From Felis catus (lineage: Eukaryota), in the NCBI RefSeq assembly GCF_018350175.1, contig NC_058368.1, positions 138,076,001 through 138,140,000 of the forward strand: a stretch of 64,000 bases of DNA, given 5' to 3'. The translations under genes were made by a program, and so were the position numbers. Every line of letters starts with the position of its first letter. Positions within the stretch are counted from its first letter, which is position 1. The notes beneath the pieces were generated by a model. It was not told where the DNA came from. It did no database searches and saw only the letters and a program-made list of their open reading frames with translations. Below, in pieces: positions 12,741 to 24,639 of the stretch.

Positions 12741-12964
12741 TCTTTTTAATTTTTTAAGTTTTTTGTTATTTTAATTAGAGAGAGACAGAGACAAAGCACC
12801 AACGAGGAAGGGGCAGAGAGAGAGGGAGACACAGAATCTGAAGCAGGCTCCAGGCTCTGAGCTGTCAGCACAGAGCCCCATATGGGGCTCCAACCCGCGA
12901 ACTGGGTGATCAAGACCTGAGCTGAAGTCAGCCACTTAATCAACTGAGCCACCCAGGTGCCCCT
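12741..12964 (-). mobile_element. CanSINE
   Basis: Reverse-complement body and tail. Confidence 0.95.
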
Positions 12965-13139
12965 ACTGTTTGAATGTCTGGTTCAAAGCCCTTTGACTTT
13001 GAAGTTGGATTTAATGTGTGTCACAGCTGAAGAGAACCTCATTATGATATATACATTCTAATACAAGTGCAGTGCTGGCTAAACTTAAAAATTCGGGGCT
13101 TTATGTATTAATCCCATCCACTAATTATACAAGTTTATT

Positions 13140-13354
13140 AATTTTTTTTAACGTTTTTATTTATTTTTGAGACAGGGAGAGACAGAGCATGAACAGGAGA
13201 GGGTCAGAGAGAGGGAGACACAGAATCCGAAACAGGCTCCAGGCTCTGAGCTGTCAGCACAGAGCCAGACACGGGGGCTCGAACTCACGGACCGCATGAT
13301 GATGACCTGAGCCGAAGTCGGCCGCTTAACTGACTGAGCCACCCAGGTGCCCCA
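13140..13354 (-). mobile_element. CanSINE
   Basis: TSD acaagtttattaatttt. Confidence 0.95.
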
Positions 13355-13385
13355 CAAGTTTATTAATTTTTAAAAGTGGCTGCAT

Positions 13386-13602
13386 GGGGCACCTTTGTGA
13401 CTCAGTCAGTTAAGCACCTGACTCTTGATACTGGTTTAGGTTGTGATCTTGCAGTTGTGAGACTGAGCCCCACATCGAGCTCTGCACTGACTCTGGAGCC
13501 TGCTTGGGATTCTCTCCCTGTCCCCCTTCTCTGTGCTCCTCTCTGGCTTTCTCTCTCTCTCACATACACACGCTCTCTCCTACAAATAAAAATTTAAAAA
13601 AA
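13386..13602 (+). mobile_element. Older CanSINE subtype
   Basis: TSD aaaagtggctgca; gcctgcttgggattctctc variant. Confidence 0.9.
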
Positions 13603-13787
13603 AAAGTGGCTGCAAACTCCCATCTTCCCTGATGTCAGTCGGTTCTCCTATAATTTAGAAGTTGTTAGTTTTAAAAATACAAAATCTGTGAAACATTCAG
13701 TTTCAAAGATTTATATAGATTAGAAGGCTTTTTTCCCCCAAGAATTTGAAGCCTGCAGATATGAGGGATTTATTAAGTTGCAAACTT

Positions 13788-13945
13788 TATTTTTTTTTAT
13801 TATGAAATTTATTGTCAAATTGGTTTCCATACAACACCCAGCGCTCGTCCCAAAAGATGCCCTCTTCAATACCCATCACCCACCCTCCCCTCCCTCCCAC
13901 CCCCCATCAGCCCTCAGTTCTCATTTTTTAAGAGTCTCTTATACT
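13788..13945 (-). mobile_element. Very short L1 3'UTR insertion
   Basis: Same 3' terminus as the L1 at 2399; TSD taagttgcaaa(c/t)ttt. Confidence 0.9.
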
Positions 13946-14522
13946 TTTAAGTTGCAAATTTTAATTACTCCAAGAAAATGACAAAACAGTGGTAGCACGT
14001 ACTAATATCCTTTTTGAAAATGTTATGGCATATACTATCTAACAGTTGAATTTCCTTTAAGAATTTTCACTTACTGAAATATCACCCCTTCTTGATGGAA
14101 AGGGCTATATGTATTTGGAAAAATGGATGTTTTTACAGACATCTCATAAACAGCCACTTTTTGTAGAAAAACAAGAACACTTCTATTTTGGGAAGAGAAA
14201 ATTGTGTAGGACATATTAAATAAAGTGGGACAGTTTTTTAAAAGACTTTGCCACAGTATAACCAATACGACTCAATACAGTGTATGGGTTTTTATGGTCC
14301 TTAGCAATGTCATTACAGAAATTGTAGATTGGACTGTGTTTGAAATTCATTACCGTATTTTGCCCATGGATGACACAGGGAATGAATTTCACTTACGGTG
14401 CCTTTTAAGCTGCCCTACCTAGTGATTGTAGTTGAATGCTTTTCCCTTAGGAGATTACTCTTTATTAAAGAAGTAATTCACTCTTCAGATTAAGTCCATA
14501 TTCTCTTCACAAGTGGTTTCTT

Positions 14523-14732
14523 AGTTTCTCTCCCTCTCTCCCTCTGTACCCTTCCTTCCCACCTTCCCTTCCTTTCTGCAAGCAGGGGAGAGGGGCAGAG
14601 AGCGGGAGTCCCACGCAGGCTTCATACTCAGCACTGAGCCTGAAGTAGGGCTTGATCTCACGACCCTGGCATCATGACCTGAGCCAAAATCAAGACTCAG
14701 ATGCACAACTGACTGAGCCATCCAGGTGCCCC
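14523..14732 (-). mobile_element. Older CanSINE
   Basis: TSD aagtggtttctt. Confidence 0.9.
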
Positions 14733-16457
14733 AGAAGTGGTTTCTTGTAGATGTATTATCAGATAAAATCTAGAAAGCTGAGTAAGGGAAAACATCTGCA
14801 CTTCTACGAGTGTATGGCAAACCTCTTACACAGATGATGTATTCTAAGATTCATTAAAATACTCAGTAGTCTTCAAAGCTTTGTTCATAAAGGAATGCAT
14901 TTATATTATTTTCTGTGTATTTCGGTCCTTTTGAAACCACATTGACTGTAGAATGCACTCTTGCTATTAAGCAAAAATTTTAAAAGGTTGTAATTGTATC
15001 AAGTTTTGTGAAAGTTTTTTAAAAGATTGCAATGGTTTATGGCATGCCTGTAAACACAGGTTAAAAACAGTTGCTGATACCTTGAAGCACATTACACATT
15101 TAGGGTAAGGGATCGTGGTATATGCTATTGGGTGTGCTTTCAAAATTTAAATACATACCTGAAAGCTGATTTTTTTGCAGGGGGGGGGGGTGGGTGGAGA
15201 TTATAAGGCATTGTTCTTAGTCATTTTAATTTCCCAGTAGGGCTGATGAATAATTCATATTTAGGAATGAGAGACTGATTTGTCATATTCTTGTTAGTAT
15301 TGTCTTCCATTTGAAGATTCCTTCCTGGAATTCTTAAGCCATTCATCTAATTTATGAGGCGAGTTTTATTAAGAATTGATGATAATAGATACGCCCATTT
15401 AAGTGGGTCTACATAAATGGCCACAGGGCACAGTGTGTTGGTAATGAGCTTGGTCTTCTCTCAGGATAACTTAGTATAACTTGTGACCTAGGAGGGTGCC
15501 AGTGGCAGCGTGAGTATGAAGTATTAATAAACCGGAAGTTAAAGGTTGTTACCAAAAACAAAAAGAACTTTCTGTATTTTCCTTCTCGCCAAGTGTATAC
15601 TTGGGGTATTATTGCACTAAATGTCCCAATTCAGGTTGCTATGTGCCCTGTCACCCGTCGCCGAGGTACTGCAGCTGGTGTGGCCTGGGAAGCAGAGCCA
15701 GGATTGGCCTGGTGAGCAGAACTCGGGTGGTGGTGGGGTCTCTGTCTTGCCCCATTCACAGTTCTCATCCAGCCCACTCCTCACTTTGTCCCGGTTTTTA
15801 GGGCTCTCTTGTTGAGCTGTGCATTTTTTGAGGGCCGAACCACCTCCTGGTCATCTTTGTGGATTGTTTGGCCCACTGTAGGTTTTCATTGAACGTCTTG
15901 AATGATGGTTGCTTTTTTTCCCTAAGCTTCAAGGTGGTTTCTGGATGTGGGTTTTACAGGGGCAGGCATGTAGTTGGTGGAGAGGTTGGTAACTGGAGTA
16001 CATACCCGCCCTCCTGAGATCACATGACTGAAACCTTTGCCCTCTGGATGTTCAGCAAAGAAGTGTCTTGCTCCTGAGGTCTCCTGCCTCATTTGGACCG
16101 CGGTGAACTCTAACCTCAGAGACCTCTATTATTCAAGTAGTTAAGGCAAAACTTTGAACACGTTTATGTTGACTTTCCTGGCTTTTGGAAATATTTCTCT
16201 CAAGAGCAGTCAGTAGGATATTACCTGGGGTGGATAGGTTTTCCTTAGGTGTGGAAATTAACGTGAGAGAAGAAAGGGCGGTGGTATTTGATACAGATGG
16301 AATCTCTTTTCTGTAGTTCATGGTTTTGTCTCTGCAGTTTTCCCATCTGTTGTTACTTCTCCCCCCTGGATAACTGAAGAGAGGGACACACAATTCTGCT
16401 GGTTGGTTACGCAGTGCCTCCTGTAATAACGGTTGTCATTCGTTATTTTCCTTGCAG

Positions 16458-16501
16458 ATGCGGAAGCCATGGAGTTGAGCTGCAGCGATGTTCCTCTATA
16501 C
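16458..16501 (+). other. ARHGEF28: 44-nt internal exon (11 nt 5'UTR + 33 nt CDS), probably ARHGEF28 exon 2
   Basis: Acceptor ttattttccttgcag ends at 16457; consensus donor gtaagt at 16502-16507. Confidence 0.9.
16469..16501 (+). CDS. ARHGEF28: First coding segment of Rho guanine nucleotide exchange factor 28 (RGNEF/p190RhoGEF): MELSCSDVPLY, phase-0 donor
   Basis: gccATGG strong Kozak context; ATG GAG TTG AGC TGC AGC GAT GTT CCT CTA TAC is followed by gtaagt. The peptide matches my recall of the human ARHGEF28 N-terminus MELSCSEAPLY(GQMM...). Confidence 0.93.
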
Positions 16502-18315
16502 GTAAGTCTCTAAGTGTTGGATTTCAGGTCTAAATGACCCTTTCTTACACTCAAAACCCGTGTGACTAAAGTGGAGAGAAAGGTTTTGCTTGCTGTTTGA
16601 GGCTTAAAAAAAACCAAAAAACAAAAAACCAAAAAATGTGAACTGTCTTGTTTCAAGTATGTGTATGGACCCTTTTAAAAGTCACTGGCTCTTGGCTCTG
16701 AAGTCTGGGTTTTAATGATACTTATCTGAGTAATTTTATTTAAACTGTATAACTTCTGGACTCACAAACACCCGTTTCATTCATGTGAATGGTTTTCGAA
16801 CGTTGTATTTTAGGATATACCGATAATGGTCAAGAATGTCTTCTAGGTGCGTCTTTGGATAAGGTTCAGTGGCATTTGTGTCAGCTAAAATCATGAAATA
16901 GGAATTCAAAGGGCAAAGTGCTGGGACATCCACAGAATAGGTGGAGGATTGGGTGACAGAGATGCCCGATGAGATGCCTAGACAGGTGTGTGTTCTGCAT
17001 TGAGGGAGGATTCTGCTCTTCTGCACAGTTACTGAGTGTAACAGGGAAGGGAATGGATGGTCTCTTCACATATAAAGTGGGATAGGGCTTCATCCCCCTG
17101 CCCCCCTTATTTCCTTGAAATCTGAGTTGGTGTAGGGGGGGCATGGATGGGTATGTGGGACCTGTGGTTTCAGGTAACTTTTGAATCATCGACTCATGGA
17201 ATTCAGCAAGAGTACTGCATCTAGACTAAGAATATGACCTCAATTTAGGTTATCCTTAATAGAATGAAGTGTCAGGGAACTAGAACACACAATCAGAATC
17301 TTCAGTTAAAATCTGTTGATCCATTTCATTGCCCTCTCAACCTCAGATATACTCCACTCTCTTCTATAGAGAAAAACTGCATGATACTACTACTCTGTGC
17401 TTGATGTCAAAAGAACCAAGGTCAGTAGAGCATGTCCCTGGTTCTAGAGTCAAATAGGTCAATGGCAGACTTGAGTACGATAGAGGATGGGAAGCTGGGG
17501 CCAGCCACGGTTGCAGCCCCTGATTCTAACTCAGAATTTACAACTATCGTTGTAACACAGAACTGCCTCTTCCCTTCTAAGGAGTTGCACTTCACACATC
17601 AGATGAGTAACGTGTGGGAAATAACCTCAAGGTCCCACATTAAGAAGAGAATACTACGAGAACACGCAGCTACTGAAAACAATTTTGGGAAAGATGTTGA
17701 ATAGTGAAAACATGACTAATTTAAGGAGTGGAAAAATAAAGAATGCTCCATGTATATACTTTGTGGTTTCAATTATGTTATCATGAAACAAGCTGTCGTT
17801 GACTTGAAGTTTACTATATACCCGGTCCTATCTGCTAACCCTTCAGATAGTGACAAGGGCAGCTTGAGGAAGACCTGTAACACCCTCCATCATGTCCATC
17901 TGCTTCCTCCAAATATTACAACTGTAGTAGTATCCTACCCACTAGATTATCATCAGACTAGGAAAGAGTCAGTACCCATAGCCTAAGGAAAGAAGGGATT
18001 TAAAAGGACCAGACAAAAGTAAAAATAATTTTGTCTAATAAACAGAATATACTAATGGGAATGAAAGGGAGTAAGTGAAAGGTGTTAAGAAAACGTTACT
18101 CATAATCTGAGTACCTATAGATGTTTTATTAAAACGACACTTTGTCATTTATAAAGTGCAGTTTTTTTCCACCCTCATTTTAACATCTCTGAAGCTGAGA
18201 TGCTCTTACATGCACTGTGCATTCCAGCATATGTCACGGTATAGTTATTACCTATGTGTGCGTGTCCTTGCTTACAATGCTCAAATGGTTGTCACTTAAG
18301 ATTACGTGTGTGCCT

Positions 18316-19111
18316 GGGAATGCACGCTGGTGCAGCCACTCTGGAAAAACAGTATGGAGGTTCCTCAAAAAACTAAAAATAGAACTACCCTATGACCCAG
18401 CAATTGCACTACTAGGCATTTATCCAAGGGATACAGGTGTGCTGTTTTGAAGGGACACATGCACCCCCATGTTTATAGCAGCACTATCCACAATAGCCAA
18501 AGTATGGAAAGAGCCCAAATGTCCATCGATGGACGAATGGATAAAGAAGACGTGGTATATATATACAATGAAGTATTACTCGGCAATCAAAAAGAATGAA
18601 ATCTTGCCATTTGCAACTATGTGGATGGAACTGGAGGGTATGATGCTAAGCAGAATTAGAGAAAGACAAAAATCATATGACTTCACTGGTGTGCACAGAA
18701 GTGCACCTGATAGGACTGAAGACGTGCCGTGAGGTAAGGGAGAGAACTAAAGATAACTCTGAAGAAGTCTGGCTGCACTTTGCAAATATGTGGATGGAAC
18801 TAGAGGGTATTATGCTAAGTGATATTAGAGAAAGACAAACATCATATGACTTCACTCATATGAGGACTTTAAGATACAAAACAGAAGAACATAAGGGAAC
18901 GGAAACAAAAGTAATATGAAAACAGAGGGGGACAAAACAGAAGAGACTCATAAATATGGACAACAAACTGAGGGTTATTGGGAGGGTTGTGGGAGGGGGG
19001 ATGAGCTAAATGGGTAAGGGGCACTAAGGAATCTACTCCTGAAATCATTGTTGCACTATATGCTAACTAATTTGGATATAAATTAAAAAAAATAAAAAAC
19101 AAGTTAAAAAA
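18316..19111 (+). mobile_element. 5'-truncated felid L1 with an internal duplication and insert
   Basis: ORF2 C-terminal peptide KIELPYDPAIALLGIYP...KCPSMDEWIKK and A-rich tail. TSD aagattac(g/a)tgtgtgcct at 18298-18315 and 19112-19129. Confidence 0.95.
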
Positions 19112-19400
19112 AAGATTACATGTGTGCCTTGTTGGTATAATAAAAACAAATCTAAAATCAATTTCTACCAAATTAATAACATGTAAACAGAGCACACATA
19201 AGAACTATACTAAAAGTTGTTTTTGTGCTTTGGGGTAGACCTCTGCTTTTCTATCTTCAGAGGTTTGATAAATATTTACTTGTAGCTTCTAGTTTATTAA
19301 ATTCTGGTTTATAAATGTTTAATTTTTAAAATTCATACATGAATTAAATGCTTTCAAAATGATTCCATTACAATTTGGCATTAAAAAGTTAAGTTATTTT

Positions 19401-19605
19401 GGGGGTGCCTGGGTGGCTCAGTCAGTTAAGCATGCAACTTGGCTTGGGTCATGATCTCCCAGTTCGTGGGTTCGAGACCCACATCAGGCCCTGTGCTGAC
19501 AGCTCAGAGCCTGGAGCCTCCGTCCGATTCTGTGTCTCCCTCTCTGCCCCTCCCCGACTAGTGCTCTGTCTCTCAAAAATAAACATTAAAAATTTTTTTA
19601 AAAAA
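19401..19605 (+). mobile_element. CanSINE
   Basis: Head, body and A-tail; TSD-like ttaagtta. Confidence 0.93.
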
Positions 19606-19769
19606 TTAAGTTACTGTGTACACACAGTAACACGGAAGACTTGGAAACAGCAGCATGGTACACGATAAAATCTGTCTAAATCTAGAAGTTCTTGCAGTGA
19701 GTATAAGATAAAATTCAAACATGTGATGATTAGAAATTTTTTAGTGGAATATAAAATGGAATTTATAAC

Positions 19770-19900
19770 TGTATATTATGTACACATTTATGTATACATA
19801 CAGAAATTGTATATTATGTATATTTAACATGACACTTGATATGTATAATTGTATGTTATGTATATTTAACATGACTCTTACTTGATATGTATATAGATTG
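19770..19900. repeat. AT-rich imperfect tandem repeat (unit about 42 bp)
   Basis: ttgtat(a/g)ttatgtatatttaacatgac...cttgatatgtata is repeated. Confidence 0.8.
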
Positions 19901-20918
19901 TAACCTGATTCTTTTAACCCACTTAAACATTTATGTCACTATTACAAATTGATCTCAGCCAATTTGACTCCTTGGACATATGTAGTAAGAGGTCAGAGAG
20001 TGTATATTATAGTAAAAACAAGTCTAAATTCAATTTCTACCAAATTAATAACATGTAAACAGAGCACATGTAAGAACTGTAGTCAAACTTGTTTTTGTAT
20101 TTTGGGGTAGACCTGTTCTCTGCTTTCTGTCTTCAGAGGTTTGATAAATATTTACTTGTAGCTTCTAGTTTAATAAAGTCTCATTTATAAATGTTTAATT
20201 TTTAAAATTCATATTTATATTTCATAAATGATAAAAATAGGAAATACCAAGAAAAATTAAAACCTTATGCTTAACTCTGTCATCAGTATAAGCACTGTTG
20301 ATATTTGATATGTTTTTCCAGAGTTCTATTTATATTTGTGTTGACTTTTATTGACATTAATGCATTAATTATTAAGGCATATATATAGATGATTTTTTAT
20401 TTGATGGCAATATGTTGGATCTCTTTATTTTGATACTTTTATGTGCTAACAATCCTATTATGATGGGTTATTTTACAAAAATCATCTTTGGCAAGTGTAT
20501 AATGTAAAATCCAAACAAAACTAGAAAGTTTAAAGGACTCACAACATATTGAGATACTTTCAAATTTTAAAATAATTGTATGCTAATGAAAAATCTCATG
20601 AAAATGGGCTCTAAAAAATAGAAATTGTAAGATTTATCTGAAGGAAGATTAGACCACATACATGGAGTGATAATTATGGAGGAAAAAAATTGATAGAAAT
20701 TATTCCCAACTTGGACTCACCCTCTACAAAAAGGCACCTTGTCCAGGTGATACATACCTATATTTTTTCCCGTTCCTTTGATTATAAGCTGTTTCGACGT
20801 GAGAATTTATCGTTCAAAAGTCTTTGCTTCTTGGTCACTGAAGAGAATCCTTACTTACAAAGATGGTAGACTTCATTTATAACTTCTAGTAGATTTTTGG
20901 TGCTCTTTAGGGTTTTCT

Positions 20919-21131
20919 TTTTTTTTTTTTTTTTTAATTTTTATTTTTGGGACAGAGAGAGACAGAGCACGAACGGGGGAGGGGCAGAGAGAGAGGGAGA
21001 CACAGAATCGGAAACAGGCTCCAGGCTCCGAGCCATCAGCCCAGAGCCTGACGCGGGGCTCGAACTCATGGACCGCGAGATCGTGACCTGGCTGAAGTCG
21101 GACGCTTAACCGACTGCACCACCCAGGCGCC
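20919..21131 (-). mobile_element. CanSINE, young subtype
   Basis: TSD ctctttagggttttct. Confidence 0.97.
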
Positions 21132-21427
21132 CCTCTTTAGGGTTTTCTATACTTAGTACCTTGTCATCTGCAAGTAGTGGAAGTTTTACTTCTTCCTTAC
21201 CAACTTGGATGCCTTTTATTTTTTGTTGTCCGATTGCCGTGGAGAGGACTTTGAGTACTGTGTTGAATAAAAAGTGGTGAGAGTGGACATCCTTGTCTTG
21301 TTTATGACCTTATCAGAAAAGCTCTCAGTTTTTTGCCATTGAAAATGATGTTAGCTATGGTTTTTTCATGTATGCCCTTTATTATGTTGAGGTATATTCT
21401 CCCTAAACCTACTTTGTTGAGGGTGTG

Positions 21428-21688
21428 TATATATCTGTATCTATATCTGTATCTGTATCTATATCTATATATCTATATATATCTATATATCTTAATGTTT
21501 ATTTATTTTTAGAGAGAGAGTAGATGCACACAGGGAAGGGGGCAGAGAGAGAGGGAGTGAGAGAATCCCAGGTAGGCTCTGTACTGTCCGTGCAGAGTCC
21601 ATTGTGGGGCTCAAACTCAGAAACCATGAGATCATGACCTGAGCTGAAACCGTCAGGTGCCTAACTGACTGAGCCACCCAGGTGCTCC
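21428..21688 (-). mobile_element. CanSINE with (TATATC)n-like tail
   Basis: Reverse-complement body; flanked by tgttgag(c)gg. Confidence 0.9.
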
Positions 21689-21725
21689 TGTTGAGCGGTT
21701 TTGTCATGCATGGACGTTGTACTTT

Positions 21726-21948
21726 CCTTCTTTCTTTCTTTTTTTTTAATCTTTATTTATTTTTGTCAGCGAGAGACCGAGCATGAGCATGGGAGGGGCA
21801 GAGAGAGAGGGAGACACAGAATCAGAAGCAGACTCCAGGTTCTGGGCTGTCAACACAGAGCCTGACACAGGGCTAGAACTCACGAACTGCAAGATCATGA
21901 CCTGAGCCGAAGTCAGATGCTTAACCGACTGAGCCACCCAGGTGCCTC
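21726..21948 (-). mobile_element. CanSINE
   Basis: TSD ga(c/t)gttgtactttc. Confidence 0.95.
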
Positions 21949-21971
21949 AGATGTTGTACTTTCAAATACTA

Positions 21972-22248
21972 TACAATTTCACTCCTATGGAATTGAAGGA
22001 ACAAATCAAATGAACAAAGAAAACAAGAGACAAACCAAAAAAAAAAAAAGCCTCTTAAATACAGAGAACAAACTGATGGTTACGGGGTAGTGGTTGTTGG
22101 GGAGGATGAAATAGGTGAAGAAGATTAAAAGCACACTTACCATGATAAGCAGTGAGTAGTGGATAGAATTGTTGGATCACTATATTGTACACTTGATACT
22201 AATATAGTACTCGATGTTAACTATACTGGAATTAAAATTTAAAAAAAG
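21972..22248 (+). mobile_element. Carnivore L1 3'UTR
   Basis: cagagaacaaactgatggttac...tatattgtacac...gttaactatactggaattaaaatttaaaaaaa. Confidence 0.85.
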
Positions 22249-22558
22249 ATATCTCTATACCTATAGAAAATCTGTGGATATAAGAATTCTTTTTTCCCCT
22301 ATGCATTTTGTTTGGATCCATGAAGAAAACTTCCACGTTTCCTTTTTAAAGTTTCATTTTTCTAGGTCTTTGACTATTGTTTTCTCTTTCTAAAACTGCT
22401 ATTTCAAGGTTAAACTGTTTTGTCCTTCCTGTAGTCTGACTTCTAGAAGCATTTTTAATTTGATATTGAAGTTTTCTATATTGTCGAGTCTGTTTTTCTT
22501 TTTTGCCCGCACAATTTTTGTTCCCATTCCTTTGTGTTAGTTTCTCTGTAGTATTTTT

Positions 22559-22774
22559 AAAATTTTTTTTTAAACGTTTATTTATTTTTGAGACAGAGAG
22601 AGATAGAGCATGAACTGGGGAGGGTCAGAGAGAGAGGGAGACACAGAATCTGAAACAGGCTCCAGGCTCTGAGCTGTCAGCACAGAGCCCGATGCGGGGC
22701 TTGAACCCACGAACTGCGAGCTCATGACCTGAGCTGAAGTCGGACGCTTAACCGACTGAGCCACCCAGGCGCCC
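22559..22774 (-). mobile_element. CanSINE
   Basis: TSD tctctgtagtattttt. Confidence 0.97.
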
Positions 22775-23487
22775 CTCTCTGTAGTATTTTTGAATCTTGG
22801 TCTATTTCTTATGCCCATATAGTTTCATCACCTTGGGTATTTTATTGTGAGCACAAAGAAAGAAATTAACATATTTTTCTCTATTTCAGGAATTCGTTTC
22901 AGAGGGTGTGATAATTTTTGATTCTGTCTGGTGTGCTATAGAACTTTATAGATTTTTTGAAAACTATTTCCACTTGCATGTCTTGAGGAAGGGAGACAGT
23001 GTTGGGGATGCAAGGATATTCCTCAGATTAGTCACAGACTGCCTCTAATTTTTAAAATGAATAATGGAGGTTCATTGACTTGCTATTGCAGGAAAAGAGA
23101 AACACTGCACCATAATAAGATTAGAGAAGAAGCAGGGGTTGGCAGCTGGTAGCCAAGAGTTTTTATAACACCGATTTGCAGACCGTGGGGATGTGGACCT
23201 TGCAAATCCAATTTTCAGCCTCTGAGCAGCTTCCTGCATCTGTGTTCTAAGGGGGCACTAAAGGAGCCGCTTTGGAAGGTCAGGCTGTTTGTTCACGATA
23301 GAGGAAAATAGCAGACACATGCAGTCTGGCTTGAGGTCCAGGCTTAAGGTGTAGACTGAGTTGACAACATGCTTTGGGGAGGAGGAGGAGGAGGAGTGTT
23401 AGGCTAGCAAAGAGTTGTAGTGATGAAGCTAATGACGTTTGAAAGCCCGGAAGAGTGTCAATTATAATTAATTGATGTAAGATGTTC

Positions 23488-23684
23488 TCTTTTTTTTTTC
23501 TTTTTTTTGAGAAAGAGTGTGTGCATGAACATGTGTATGGGGAAAGGGCAGAGGAACAGGGAGAGAGACTCTTAAGCAGGTTCCACGCCCAGCTTGGTGC
23601 TCGCTCTCACAAACTGTGGGATAATGACCTGAGCCTAAATCAACAGTTGGATGTTTCCCTGACTTGAGGCTGCCAGGTGTCCCG
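23488..23684 (-). mobile_element. Old diverged CanSINE
   Basis: gactcttaagcaggttccacgccc...gacctgagcc...ccaggtgtccc; TSD aagatgtt. Confidence 0.8.
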
Positions 23685-23710
23685 AAGATGTTGTCTGTCG
23701 TAAACCATCT

Positions 23711-23922
23711 TTATTTTTTATAATTTTTTTCTAATGTTTGTTTATTTTTCAGACAGGGCCTGAGTGGGGGAGGGGTGGAGACAGGGAGACAGAATCTGAA
23801 GCAGGATCCAGGCTCTTGAGCTGTCTGCACAGAGCCTGATATGGGGCTTGAACCCGTCGACTGCGAGATCATGACCTGAGCTGAGGTTGGACGCTCAACC
23901 GACTGAGCCACCCAGGCGCCCC
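23711..23922 (-). mobile_element. CanSINE
   Basis: TSD tgtc(g/t)taaacc(a/t)tctt. Confidence 0.95.
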
Positions 23923-24639
23923 TGTCTTAAACCTTCTTAATTGACAGCACTTGGGAGCTTAAAAGTCCTATATTGCAAGCCATTAAGTTATTTTTATTTT
24001 TTTAGTTTGTTGTTTTTAGTCCTTTGTTTCCTAGTTTGTACATAAAAAGATCGGAAATGATGCAAGTAGAGCTTAAGAGGTGAGATTTTGCTTACTTGGT
24101 ATTTGATTGAATTTTGAAAGAGGAAGAGATTTTGCATCTGCAAGCCAAATAGTGTTTTTGCTATTCGGTGTTTTTGACTACTTGTTAAATTGAGTTGCCT
24201 CAAAGGTTTTGTAGATTAATAAATGTCATAAAACAGATACATGTTAAACTTGTTAATCTAGGAACTTGCTTTTTCCACATTTTATTTTTATGTAAGTTAT
24301 AATTAGCCCTAATCTTCCCCCGAACAGCTCAGTGCTGTGAATAAAACAGACGAGCTCTTCCTTGGGAACTTGTTGACTGCAAAGGCTTTTTTCGCAATGA
24401 AAATAGCTTTATTCTAGATAAAGTTAGTTAAATAACACTTGCTCATGACAAAAAAAAAATAAGCACAAATTATTAGCAATTACTTTTTGCAAAATTTGTA
24501 CATACACTGTTGCATGAAAGGAATCCTATGGAAAATCTGTTAGGACCTTTAGCAGATCTCGGTAATCATTCCTCTCCATTTTATACCTCCTTTTCTGTCC
24601 TCCCTGGTAACTGCTGTTGCAAGTTGATGCATTTTTGTC

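Larger units (their letters stand above)
1..16457 (+). other. ARHGEF28: Intron upstream of the start-codon exon (probably the distal part of intron 1)
   Basis: The exon at 16458 begins with a splice acceptor, and no CpG island or first exon is visible upstream in the window. Confidence 0.7.
19136..20213 (+). repeat. About 200-bp diverged direct repeat (19136-19337 and 20008-20213)
   Basis: Both copies contain caatttctaccaaattaataacatgtaaacagagcaca...cttcagaggtttgataaatatttacttgtagcttctagttta...ttttaaaattcata. Confidence 0.95.
20880..21968 (-). mobile_element. L1 ORF2 (RT region) fragment interrupted by three CanSINEs
   Basis: ttgtcatctgcaag is the reverse complement of a (F/L)ADD motif; aaagtggtgagagtggacatccttgtcttg is typical L1 RT antisense sequence. 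Confidence 0.85.

Noticed and set aside
15530..15700. ETS-like accggaagt plus a possible acceptor (ttccttctcgccaag) and weak donors about 0.9 kb upstream of the start exon
   Set aside because: Donor sites are weak and there is no CpG island; I cannot support an exon or promoter from sequence alone.
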